DNA from: Candidatus Scatomorpha pullicola
Lineage (GTDB): Bacteria; Bacillota; Clostridia; Oscillospirales; Oscillospiraceae
Assembly: GCA_018716545.1 (NCBI GenBank)
Contig: DVJU01000110.1
Location: forward strand, 1 to 59,173
DNA: 59,173 nt
Direction of reading: 5' to 3'
The notes under the pieces were generated by a model that saw only the letters and a program-made list of their open reading frames with translations, did not search any database and was not told the origin of the DNA. This document shows positions 44,056 through 52,126 of the stretch, in pieces. Numbering within the stretch: position 1 is the first letter of the stretch; each line of letters begins with the position of its first letter. The translations under genes and the position numbers were made by a program.

Positions 44056-45287
44056 TACATATCCTCCGTCCTGAGGGAATTAGCTGCCGTGAAGGCCGTT
44101 GACCAGGCTATTTGTAAATTGTATCCGCCCGTGTATGCGTCCAAGTCCAGCACCTCTCCGGCGAAGTAGAGTCCGGGGACGAGCTTCGACATCATGGTTC
44201 GTGGGTCTACCTCGCGCGTGCTCACTCCGCCCGCAGTGACTATTGCCTCGGAAATAGGCCGAGGGCGAGAGATCGCTACCGGGAACTCTTTAAAAAGCTT
44301 GACCAGACCCCGGCGCTGCTCGCGCGTGACAGAGTTGGCGCGCTCGGTCTCCGGTATGCCGCTGAGCCTTACGAGCACGGGTATCATGGCCTTCCCGGCC
44401 AGGTCGCCCAGGCAGTTGCGGAACTCGCGGTTCTGGTACTTCTCCAGGTCGCGCAGTATGCGCGCGTCGAGCTTTTTCTCGTCCAGGCCGGGCTTCAGAT
44501 CTATGCTGAGCCTGTACTTTGCGCTGCCGAAATTGCGCATGTGTGCGCTGGCGCTGAGCACCAGCGGACCGGACACGCCGAAATGCGTGAACAGCATCTC
44601 GCCCAGCTCGCGGTAGATGAGCTTGTCGTTCTCATAGGCCGAGAGCGTGACGTTGCGCAGGGAGAAGCCCTGCATCTCCCTGCAATAGTCGTCCGGCGAC
44701 TCCAGCGGCACCAGGCTGGGCCGGCACTTGTTGATGGTGTGACCCAGCGCCTCCGCCAGCTTGTAGCCGTCGCCGGTCGAGCCTGTTCCGGGATAGCTGA
44801 GGCCGCCGGTGCAGATGACCGCGCTGCGGCAGGGAATTTCACCGGCGGAGGTCAGCACGGCCTCGACGCCGTCCGCTCCCACTTTTATGGCCTTCGCCTT
44901 TTCCCGCTGGATTTCGACACCGTTTGTGTGGCACAATCTGGTCAGAGCCCCGGCTATGTCTCCCGCCCGGTCTGACTGGGGGAAAACCCTCCTCCCCCGC
45001 TCCGTCTTGAGCGGTACGCCGAGGCTCTCAAAAAACGCCATGGCGTCCTGACACGTGAACCTGTATATCGCGCTGCGGAGGAACCTGCCGTCGCCGGGTA
45101 TGGCGTCTATGAACTCGCGCGGGGTACAGTCGTTGGTGACGTTGCAGCGCCCTTTGCCGGTTATGCGCAGCTTGCGACCCAGCTCCCTGTTCGGCTCGAG
45201 CAGCACCACGCGCGCGCCGTTGCCGGCCGCGAGCGCGGCGCAGAGGGTACCGGCGGCTCCGCCGCCTATCACTACCGCGTCAGCCAT
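44055..45287 (-). CDS. NAD(P)/FAD-dependent oxidoreductase, HI0933/YhiN (BaiN-like) family
   Basis: 'VVIGGGAAGTLCA', 'GKGRCNVTN' and the C-terminal 'GGYNLQIAWSTA'. The start is uncertain (45287 or 45293). Confidence 0.8.
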   Translation of the reverse strand: MADAVVIGGGAAGTLCAALAAGNGARVVLLEPNRELGRKLRITGKGRCNVTNDCTPREFIDAIPGDGRFLRSAIYRFTCQDAMAFFESLGVPLKTERGRRVFPQSDRAGDIAGALTRLCHTNGVEIQREKAKAIKVGADGVEAVLTSAGEIPCRSAVICTGGLSYPGTGSTGDGYKLAEALGHTINKCRPSLVPLESPDDYCREMQGFSLRNVTLSAYENDKLIYRELGEMLFTHFGVSGPLVLSASAHMRNFGSAKYRLSIDLKPGLDEKKLDARILRDLEKYQNREFRNCLGDLAGKAMIPVLVRLSGIPETERANSVTREQRRGLVKLFKEFPVAISRPRPISEAIVTAGGVSTREVDPRTMMSKLVPGLYFAGEVLDLDAYTGGYNLQIAWSTAFTAANSLRTEDM

Positions 45288-46143
45288 CGACATTCTCAAA
45301 GACCTTGTAGTCGCTCCAGACCTGCTCGAGCTTCTTGAACGTCTCGCTCAGCGCGCCGCGGCTCCTGGCGCCGACGGCGATAATGAGCGCGTTGACAAGG
45401 CTCATGGGAGCTACGAGCGAATCCACAAAGGACACCATTTCGCTCTTTGCGAACAGGCACACGTCCGCCATGCCGTAAAACGGCGAGCTCTCGCCGTCGG
45501 TAAGTCCGACGGTGGACGCACCGCGGTCTTTGGCAAAGCCCATGACCTTGGCGGAGCGGGACGAATACCGCGGGAAGGTGAAGCCGATAAAGAGATCCCC
45601 CTCGCCTATGCGAAGAAGCTGCTCGTAGGCCTCGGCGGCGCTGTTGTCGTCCACCAGATGCACCCCCGGGCGCAGCAGACCCAGGTAATACGCCAGGAAA
45701 TCTGCCAGGCTGCGAGAAGTGCGCGAGGCGAAAATATATATCTCATTCGCCACTATGATGCTGTCCACCACGCGGTTGAAGCTGTCCTGGTCTATCTCCT
45801 CAAGCGTGGTCTGGAGCTTGTCTATGTCGTCGCTCAGCACGCTCTTGAGTATGTTCTTGTCGTCGAGCATGTCCTTTGCGGCCTCGATGCGCTGCACGCT
45901 CGTCAGGCGGGAGCGTATCATCTCCTGCAGAGCCTTGCGCATGCCCGGATATCCGTCGAACCCCAGCTCGGCGGCGAAACGTACGACCGTGGACTCGCTC
46001 ACGCCCACGGTCTTGCCGAGCTTGCCCGCCGTCATGAAGGCGGCTTTGTCGTAATTTTCCAGTATGTATTTCGCTATGAGCCTTTGCCCCTTGGAAAAGC
46101 CCGAATTGTCCCGGGAAATAAGCGTGAGAATGTCCTTGTCCAT
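45280..46143 (-). CDS. MurR/RpiR-family transcriptional regulator (HTH plus SIS domain)
   Basis: 'FSKGQRLIAKYILENYDKAAFMTAGKLGKTVGVSESTVVRFA' HTH_6, followed by a SIS domain. Confidence 0.85.
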   Translation of the reverse strand: MDKDILTLISRDNSGFSKGQRLIAKYILENYDKAAFMTAGKLGKTVGVSESTVVRFAAELGFDGYPGMRKALQEMIRSRLTSVQRIEAAKDMLDDKNILKSVLSDDIDKLQTTLEEIDQDSFNRVVDSIIVANEIYIFASRTSRSLADFLAYYLGLLRPGVHLVDDNSAAEAYEQLLRIGEGDLFIGFTFPRYSSRSAKVMGFAKDRGASTVGLTDGESSPFYGMADVCLFAKSEMVSFVDSLVAPMSLVNALIIAVGARSRGALSETFKKLEQVWSDYKVFENVDG

Positions 46144-46215
46144 TTTTCTGCCCCCATACCTGCTATATAAATCCCGCCGGTGCGCCATCCTCCGGCGGAA
46201 GGCGAAGCTTAGATT

Positions 46216-46244
46216 ATTTTACACAGTTTCTGCGGATATTACAA
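46216..46244 (-). promoter_or_regulatory. Possible sigma-A promoter for the RpiR-family gene (TTGTAA-17-TAAAAT)
   Basis: The hexamers are read on the minus strand. Confidence 0.45.
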
Positions 46245-46265
46245 GGGGTATTACGTAAACAAACT

Positions 46266-46991
46266 TTAACGATTTGCGCCTATAAGGGCTTTGATATACT
46301 CCATCTCCGGCCTGGTCAGCTCCCGCCAGCGGCCTGACGGCAGACGGCCGAGCTTCAATTCGCCCTCGGACACGCGCACCAGGCGGGTGACGGTCAGTCC
46401 CACGCTCTCGCACATGCGGCGGACCTGGCGGTTACGCCCCTCGTGAATGACGAAGCGCAGCCTGCTGGACGTCTCCCCGGAGGCGAGCAGCTTGATCCGA
46501 GCCTGGCGTATGGGCTTGCCGTTCACGGCTCTCAGCGACTCCATCGCCGATATCTGTCTGGGCGTCACCCGACCCGAGACGGTCACGTTGTAGGTCTTTT
46601 CCACGTCGTGCGCAGGGTGCATAAACGCGTTGGCCGCCTCGCCGTCGTCGGTCATTATCAGCAGCCCCTCGCTGTTCAGATCCAGCCTGCCCACCGGGTA
46701 GAGCCTCCGGCCTGCGTCCGAGACCAGCTCCGCCACCGTTTTGCGCCCGCGCTCGTCGGAGAGCGTGGTGACATAGCCGCGCGGCTTGTTGAGCATTATG
46801 TACATGCGCTCCGCCGGCGCGCTGACCGGCGAGCCGTCCACGGTGACTGTGTCCAGCTCCGGGTCTGCGGCCATGCCGAGCGTGGCTGTCTCGCCGTTCA
46901 CGCACACCCGCCCCGTGAGGATCATCTCCTCGGCGGCGCGGCGCGAGGCTATCCCCGCGCCGGATATAAGCTTTTGCAGTCTAACCTTCAT
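46266..46991 (-). CDS. rluB: Pseudouridine synthase, RsuA/RluB family (S4 domain)
   Basis: 'RLQKLISGAGIASRRAAEEMI' S4 domain and the 'GRLDLNSEGLL' catalytic Asp motif. ATG at 46991 follows GGAGGAAG. Confidence 0.85.
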   Translation of the reverse strand: MKVRLQKLISGAGIASRRAAEEMILTGRVCVNGETATLGMAADPELDTVTVDGSPVSAPAERMYIMLNKPRGYVTTLSDERGRKTVAELVSDAGRRLYPVGRLDLNSEGLLIMTDDGEAANAFMHPAHDVEKTYNVTVSGRVTPRQISAMESLRAVNGKPIRQARIKLLASGETSSRLRFVIHEGRNRQVRRMCESVGLTVTRLVRVSEGELKLGRLPSGRWRELTRPEMEYIKALIGANR

Positions 46992-48121
46992 GTTTCTTCC
47001 TCCGTCAGATAGAGCGGGCTGCCCAGATTTGAGAAGAAGTCCGCGATCCTTCCCCAGATACCGCTGCCGCCGTTTGCGGCCGGCATGTCCCCGGCGTACA
47101 CCAGCGGCACCTCGCACACCGTCTCGCCACCGCTTGTAACTATCGCGCGCCCGGCGCTCTCGCCCTCGCGCACGGGGCAGACCACAAACGGCGGCAGCTC
47201 CAGCCGGACTTCGTACTCCGCCCCGGCGTCGAGCAGGACGAAGGCGTCGTGCTCCGCGCGCACAGGCGCGTACTGCCCGCCGCCGTTCACCGCGCTGACG
47301 CGAAAGAGCGTATCGCTGTCCACGGCTTTGACGTACTCGTAGTTTTCAAACGCCCAGTCGTAGAGCGAGGCGTGATCCGCCCAGTCGTCGCGGTCACAGA
47401 GCGTGACGCAGATGTACCTGGCTCCGTCGCGCTCGGCGCAGGTCACAAGCGTGCGCCCCGCCGCCATGGTGTAGCCGGTCTTGACGCCGATGCATCCGTC
47501 GTACATCCCCAGCAGCTTGTTGTGGTTATAAATGTCCTGCCCGGCCACGACGGCGTGGCGGGTCGACACGATGCGCGCAAAGTCCTCGTTGGCCATGCAG
47601 TGCGCGGCCAGGACGGCCATGTCCCTGGCCGTGGAGTAGTGCCCCTCGGCGTCGAGGCCGTGCGGGTTTTCAAAGTGGGAGCCGGTCATGCCCAGCTCTC
47701 GCGCCTTTTCGTTCATGAGCCGCGCAAAGTCCTCCACGCTGCCCGCCGTGTGTATGGCCAGCGCCAGAGCCGCGTCGTTTCCGGACACGAGCATCAGCCC
47801 GTAAAGCAGGTCTTCGACCGTGTAGCGCTCGCCTGCTTTGAGGTACATGGACGAGCCTTCCGCGCCCGCGCTGCGGCTGTCCGCTTCCACTTCCTCGTCC
47901 AGGGCGCAGTTTTCCAGCACGACGATGGCGGTCATGATCTTCGTCGTGCTGGCGATCAGCATACGGTCGTCGGCATTGTGCTCGTAGAGCACCTCGCCGG
48001 TGTCCGCGTGTATCAGTATCGCAGAGTGCGCGCCCGTCGCCGGTGCGGCCAGCGCCGGGGTCGCCAGAATCGCCGCGGCAAGCATCGCGGCAAGGGTTCT
48101 TTTCAAAACAGCACCACCCAC
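46988..48121 (-). CDS. D-alanyl-D-alanine carboxypeptidase (class A low-MW PBP, DacB/DacF-like)
   Basis: 'STTK', 'SGND' and 'KTGYT' motifs with a signal peptide. The start is ambiguous (GTG at 48121 or TTG at 48106). Confidence 0.85.
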   Translation of the reverse strand: MGGAVLKRTLAAMLAAAILATPALAAPATGAHSAILIHADTGEVLYEHNADDRMLIASTTKIMTAIVVLENCALDEEVEADSRSAGAEGSSMYLKAGERYTVEDLLYGLMLVSGNDAALALAIHTAGSVEDFARLMNEKARELGMTGSHFENPHGLDAEGHYSTARDMAVLAAHCMANEDFARIVSTRHAVVAGQDIYNHNKLLGMYDGCIGVKTGYTMAAGRTLVTCAERDGARYICVTLCDRDDWADHASLYDWAFENYEYVKAVDSDTLFRVSAVNGGGQYAPVRAEHDAFVLLDAGAEYEVRLELPPFVVCPVREGESAGRAIVTSGGETVCEVPLVYAGDMPAANGGSGIWGRIADFFSNLGSPLYLTEEET

Positions 48122-48232
48122 AGTTTAAGGGTGGTGCTAGTATCTGCCGTTTGGCCTGAAGTTATGTAAGAAAGCCGTATTTAACTCTCCCACACCCTTC
48201 AAGAGCGCGGGAGAGCAGGATACGTCAGGCGC

Positions 48233-48637
48233 TTATTCCGCGACAGTCTCGGTGGGAGCCGGCGCGTTCTTCTTGTCGATGAAGGCCTCCGCCCGGTCGA
48301 GGAGCTGGGGGACGAGGTCTATCACCCGGTCGAGCGTGGTCATCGCGGGCGGCTGGATGTTGAGCATACGCACAACGCCGTCCTTGACCACCAGGAAGCC
48401 GATGGGCTCGATGCGGATACCTGCGCCGCTGCCTCCGACGCAGCCGTCACGCTGCTTGACCAAGTCACCGCCGCCGCCGGCGAAGCCCACGCTCACACGG
48501 GATATGGGCACCAGCGTAACGCCGTCGGGAGTGGTCACCGGGTCGCCAACTACGGTGTTGGCGTCAACCATTTCCTTGATCTTGGCTATGCTCTGCTTCA
48601 GAAACTCGGCCATCGGGGTCTGCATCTGTTCCATCAT
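48233..48637 (-). CDS. ytfJ: Sporulation protein YtfJ/GerW family
   Basis: 'VVGDPVTTPDGVTLVPISRVSVGFAGGGG' signature. ATG follows GAAAGGAAGG. Confidence 0.8.
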   Translation of the reverse strand: MMEQMQTPMAEFLKQSIAKIKEMVDANTVVGDPVTTPDGVTLVPISRVSVGFAGGGGDLVKQRDGCVGGSGAGIRIEPIGFLVVKDGVVRMLNIQPPAMTTLDRVIDLVPQLLDRAEAFIDKKNAPAPTETVAE

Positions 48638-49280
48638 TGTCCTTCCTTTCCTGAGCGGCGGCCTTCGCGGCCTTGTCCGCACTTCGTTTGATCTTTAGGA
48701 AGCCGACGCCCGCCACGGCGGCGACGGCGATTATACGCGCGAGGTTTATCGTGATCGTGATTCCGGCCTCGAGAGTGCTGCTCTCGCTGGAGAAGTCCAC
48801 GCCCGTCTGCACGTCGCTGCTCTTGACGTTGAACGCGTGCCCGGCGGCTCCGCCCACGGTGGCGACGGCGTAATTTAAGACGCCGTAGGTCATGACGGTG
48901 TTGTACGGGTCTGTGCCGCCCACGGTGACGTGCAGCACGAACCTGTTCACCGTGAGCTTTCGCCGGAAGCGCGAGAGCGTGCGCACGGCGAGCCGGAGCA
49001 AGTCCGGCAGCATGTCCTTCGTGACAAGGGGGGCTTTTTCCTTCTTGGCCGCCTCGGCCTTTTCAGGCTTCGGCTGTTTTTCCTTCTTCGGCTTTTTGGG
49101 CTTAGGCTCCTTGGGCGGCCTGTCCGGCTTTGGATAGACCTGCAGGTCAAAGCACATCACCCGCGCCGCCGCCTTGAGCTGCCCGGCGGAGTAGTCCACC
49201 GAGACGCCCAGCGGCGTGAACAGCAGCAAGAGCAGTATTGCCGCTATTACCGCAAGTATTATCCATCCAATCAGATACAT
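48564..49280 (-). CDS. DUF2953-family sporulation-associated membrane protein (YtfI-like)
   Basis: N-terminal TM segment, a Lys/Pro/Glu-rich linker and a conserved C-terminal half. It lies upstream of and overlaps ytfJ. Confidence 0.6.
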   Translation of the reverse strand: MYLIGWIILAVIAAILLLLLFTPLGVSVDYSAGQLKAAARVMCFDLQVYPKPDRPPKEPKPKKPKKEKQPKPEKAEAAKKEKAPLVTKDMLPDLLRLAVRTLSRFRRKLTVNRFVLHVTVGGTDPYNTVMTYGVLNYAVATVGGAAGHAFNVKSSDVQTGVDFSSESSTLEAGITITINLARIIAVAAVAGVGFLKIKRSADKAAKAAAQERKDNDGTDADPDGRVSEAEHSQDQGNG

Positions 49281-49312
49281 CACCCCCAGCGGCCAAAGGC
49301 CGGCAGTTTTAT

Positions 49313-49927
49313 TTACTCAGCGTCTTCGACGCCTACGTCCTTTATCTCAAGCTGCTCTCCCCTGCCCTTGAGCGCCTCGACGGCGTCCTGGAGCTTTTCC
49401 AGTCCGTCGGACTCGCTCATGTCCGGCAGCGTCGGCAGCTCGTCCAGCGAGCTGATGCCCATTACGCGCAGGAACGCCTCGGTCGTGCGGTAGAGCGTCG
49501 GGCGGCCTGGGGCGTCGAGACGCCCGCACGGCTCTATAAGCCCCTTCTCGGCGAGGCTGGACACCGTGTAGGAGCTGTCCACGCCCCTCACCTGCTCCAC
49601 ATATGCGCGCGTGACCGGCTGAAAATAGGCCACTATCGCCAGCGCCTCAAGCGCGCTGGGCGAGAGTTTCGGCGCGGCGCGGTGCTCTATCACCTTTGAA
49701 ATCAGCTTTGCGTGCTCGGGCGCCGAGCACAGCTGCAGGCTTCCGCCCAGATGCAGCAGGCGTATGCCCCGCTTGCCCTCCTCGTAGTATTCACCGAGCG
49801 ACGCCGCCACTTCAAGTATATCCTCCTCGGGCACGCCGAAAACAAGCGAAAGCCTCGCCACCGGTACAGGCTCGCCGGAGGCAAAGAGCACGGCCTCCAG
49901 CGCGCTATTGAGTACGTTGTTGTCCAT
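49313..49927 (-). CDS. scpB: Segregation and condensation protein B
   Basis: 'LEAVLFASGEPV', 'LEALAIVAYFQPVTRAYVEQVRGV' and 'GRPTLYRTT'. Confidence 0.9.
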   Translation of the reverse strand: MDNNVLNSALEAVLFASGEPVPVARLSLVFGVPEEDILEVAASLGEYYEEGKRGIRLLHLGGSLQLCSAPEHAKLISKVIEHRAAPKLSPSALEALAIVAYFQPVTRAYVEQVRGVDSSYTVSSLAEKGLIEPCGRLDAPGRPTLYRTTEAFLRVMGISSLDELPTLPDMSESDGLEKLQDAVEALKGRGEQLEIKDVGVEDAE

Positions 49928-50718
49928 CAGTCTTCCTCTATGGCTTCAAGTATCTTCTCCGTGTCGCCGCCGGTGAATTCCAGCACCAGGTCGGCGCCAC
50001 GCTCTGTTATGCTCAGACTGCCCATCGAGCAAAGCTCGAGTATGCTGAGGAACACCGCCACCACCTCGCTGCGGCTCTTGCTCTCGGCGCACAGCTCGCC
50101 GAGCGTGGCCGTGCCGCGCGCCGTGAGGCGGGTGATTATCTCGCGGGACTTGTCGCGCACGCCGTAGACGATGCGCTTCGGCGCGAGCTGAGCCAGCTCG
50201 CGCGGCGCGGGAGCCTTGACGTCCGGGCGCATGAACACCTGATACAGCGCGCCCAGAAGCTCCGACGGCTCGTGCCGGTAGTCGTACACCTTCGCCGCGG
50301 GAGAGAGCGGCTCCTGCGCGCGGGTGAACAAATCCTTGCCGTTCTCGCTCATAGCGCCGAACTGCTCCAGCACGGACTTGACCGCCTCCCTGGCGCCCTT
50401 GGCCTTGAGCTGTTCCAGGCTGCTCATGAGCTGTTCCAGCTCGGTGACCTCCTTGTCCGCGGCCAGCAGGGTACGCGTCTTGATGTAAAGCAGGTACGCC
50501 GCCATCTGCACGAACTCGCTGGCGACCTCGAGATCCATGCGCTGCATCTCGTCGAGGTAGGCCAGGTACTGGTCGAGTATCTCGGAGACGGATATGTCCC
50601 GTATCTCTATTTTGTTCTTGCTGAGCAGCTGCAATATCAGGCTCAGCGGTCCTTCAAAGTCGGCGAGCGAATCGCGCTCGTGCACCACGCCCTCAAGGCG
50701 GAACGTAGGGTCGCTCAT
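49927..50718 (-). CDS. scpA: Segregation and condensation protein A
   Basis: 'FEGPLSLILQLLSKNKIEIRDISVSEILDQYL' kleisin N-terminus. Confidence 0.9.
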   Translation of the reverse strand: MSDPTFRLEGVVHERDSLADFEGPLSLILQLLSKNKIEIRDISVSEILDQYLAYLDEMQRMDLEVASEFVQMAAYLLYIKTRTLLAADKEVTELEQLMSSLEQLKAKGAREAVKSVLEQFGAMSENGKDLFTRAQEPLSPAAKVYDYRHEPSELLGALYQVFMRPDVKAPAPRELAQLAPKRIVYGVRDKSREIITRLTARGTATLGELCAESKSRSEVVAVFLSILELCSMGSLSITERGADLVLEFTGGDTEKILEAIEED

Positions 50719-51404
50719 ATAAACAGCCTCACCAGGCCGAATCCCAGTTCGGCAAAGAAGAACAGCCGGTCAAACACCCAGTTTGCCGCCGCGCTCAGCG
50801 GGTCGACAGGCAGGCGGTTCATGAGCAGCACCAGCAACAGCAGGGCGAGCATACCGTAGCGCTCGTAGTACATCAGCTTGCGGTAGCTCCGCTCGGATAT
50901 GAACGAGTACAGCACCTTGCTGCCGTCCAGGGGCGGTATCGGTATGATGTTGAATATGGCCAGCGTAAGGCTCAGATACGCCGTAATATACACTGTTTGC
51001 AGCACATAGTCCCCGGCCTGCGACCGGCTGAGCGGGTAGAACAGCAGCCCGTAAATGAAAAGAGCCAGGATGGTTATGAGCAGGTTGGCCAGCGGCCCTG
51101 CCGCGGCGGTCAGAGCCATGCCCTGCTTGGGGTCTTTGAATCTGTTCATGTTCACCGGCACGGGCTTTGCCCAGCCGAAGTGAAGCGTGACAAGCATTAT
51201 CAGACCCACAATGTCTATGTGCTTTATGGGGTTGAGCGTAAGCCGGCCGGCGCGCTTAGCCGTGTCGTCGCCCAAACGGTAGGCGGCGTAGCCGTGAGCG
51301 CACTCGTGCAGGGTTATGCATATCAGCGCCGGCAGAACCGACAGCAATAAACGTATGGGCACAGACCAGTCCAGCCCGCGCAGAACTTCTCCAAATCCGT
51401 CCAT
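50715..51404 (-). CDS. Site-2 protease family (M50) membrane metalloprotease
   Basis: 'HECAHG' (HExxH) motif, 'NPIKHID' and 'NIIPIPPLDG'. Confidence 0.8.
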   Translation of the reverse strand: MDGFGEVLRGLDWSVPIRLLLSVLPALICITLHECAHGYAAYRLGDDTAKRAGRLTLNPIKHIDIVGLIMLVTLHFGWAKPVPVNMNRFKDPKQGMALTAAAGPLANLLITILALFIYGLLFYPLSRSQAGDYVLQTVYITAYLSLTLAIFNIIPIPPLDGSKVLYSFISERSYRKLMYYERYGMLALLLLVLLMNRLPVDPLSAAANWVFDRLFFFAELGFGLVRLFI

Positions 51405-51421
51405 ATGACACCTCGTTTGTT

Positions 51422-51450
51422 ATTATAACAATTTACACGTCTGATTACAA
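51422..51450 (-). promoter_or_regulatory. Sigma-A promoter for the M50-scpAB operon (TTGTAA-17-TATAAT)
   Basis: The hexamers are read on the minus strand. The -10 lies inside the palindrome TTGTTATAATAACAA. Confidence 0.55.
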
Positions 51451-51504
51451 GAGCACATTGATACACATCGGCCAAGGTTTGTGGCCTGCGCCGGGTTTGT
51501 ACAG

Positions 51505-51534
51505 ATAAAAATAGGGGCGGCTCGGAGCCGCCCC
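51505..51534 (-). terminator. Terminator after engB
   Basis: 9-bp stem GGGGCGGCT/AGCCGCCCC with loop CGG, then a T-rich run on the minus strand. Confidence 0.7.
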
Positions 51535-51537
51535 TTT

Positions 51538-52125
51538 TCACACTTGCGATATTATCTCTGAGAGCAGTTCGTTCCTGCCCGAGCCCTTTTCGGCGGAGAA
51601 TGGGATGATTTTGACCTCATCCCCCAGCTGCAGGGTCTCCCGTATTACGGCCAGATTCGGTTCCACTGCGCTCTTGGATAGCTTATCCGTTTTGTTTGCC
51701 ACGACGACGAAGGGCCTCTGAGAGGACTTGAACCACTCCGACATGGTGATGTCGTCGCCGGTGGGCTTGTGCCTGGCGTCGACTATGTGCACGCCGAGGG
51801 TTATCCGCTCGCTTTCGGCGAAGTAGGACTCCATCAGCCGGCCCCAGCGGTCGCGCTCGGCCTTGCTGACGGCGGCGTAGCCGTATCCGGGCAGGTCGAC
51901 GAAGTAGCAGGCTCCGTCTATGTCGAAGTAGTTGACGTGCACGGTTTTGCCGGGCTGGGAGCCGACGCGGGCAAAGTTTTTGCGGTTCAGGAGCCGGTTT
52001 ATCACCGAGCTCTTGCCCACGTTGCTCTTGCCGGCAAAAACTATGCAGGGCTTGCCGTCGCGTATGAAGTCGGATTTGCTGGCCGCGCTTTTGACAAAGG
52101 CGGCACGGTTAAGGTTTATAGCCAT
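51538..52125 (-). CDS. engB: Ribosome biogenesis GTPase YsxC/EngB
   Basis: 'GKSNVGKSS', 'DLPGYGYA' and 'NKTDKL'. Confidence 0.9.
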   Translation of the reverse strand: MAINLNRAAFVKSAASKSDFIRDGKPCIVFAGKSNVGKSSVINRLLNRKNFARVGSQPGKTVHVNYFDIDGACYFVDLPGYGYAAVSKAERDRWGRLMESYFAESERITLGVHIVDARHKPTGDDITMSEWFKSSQRPFVVVANKTDKLSKSAVEPNLAVIRETLQLGDEVKIIPFSAEKGSGRNELLSEIISQV

Positions 52126-52126
52126 G

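Noticed and set aside
48122-48232. A possible forespore (sigma-F/G) promoter, CAGATACTA, upstream of the D,D-carboxypeptidase gene.
   Set aside because: The -10 resemblance is partial, and I could not find a convincing -35 at the correct spacing. It is too weak to report as a feature.
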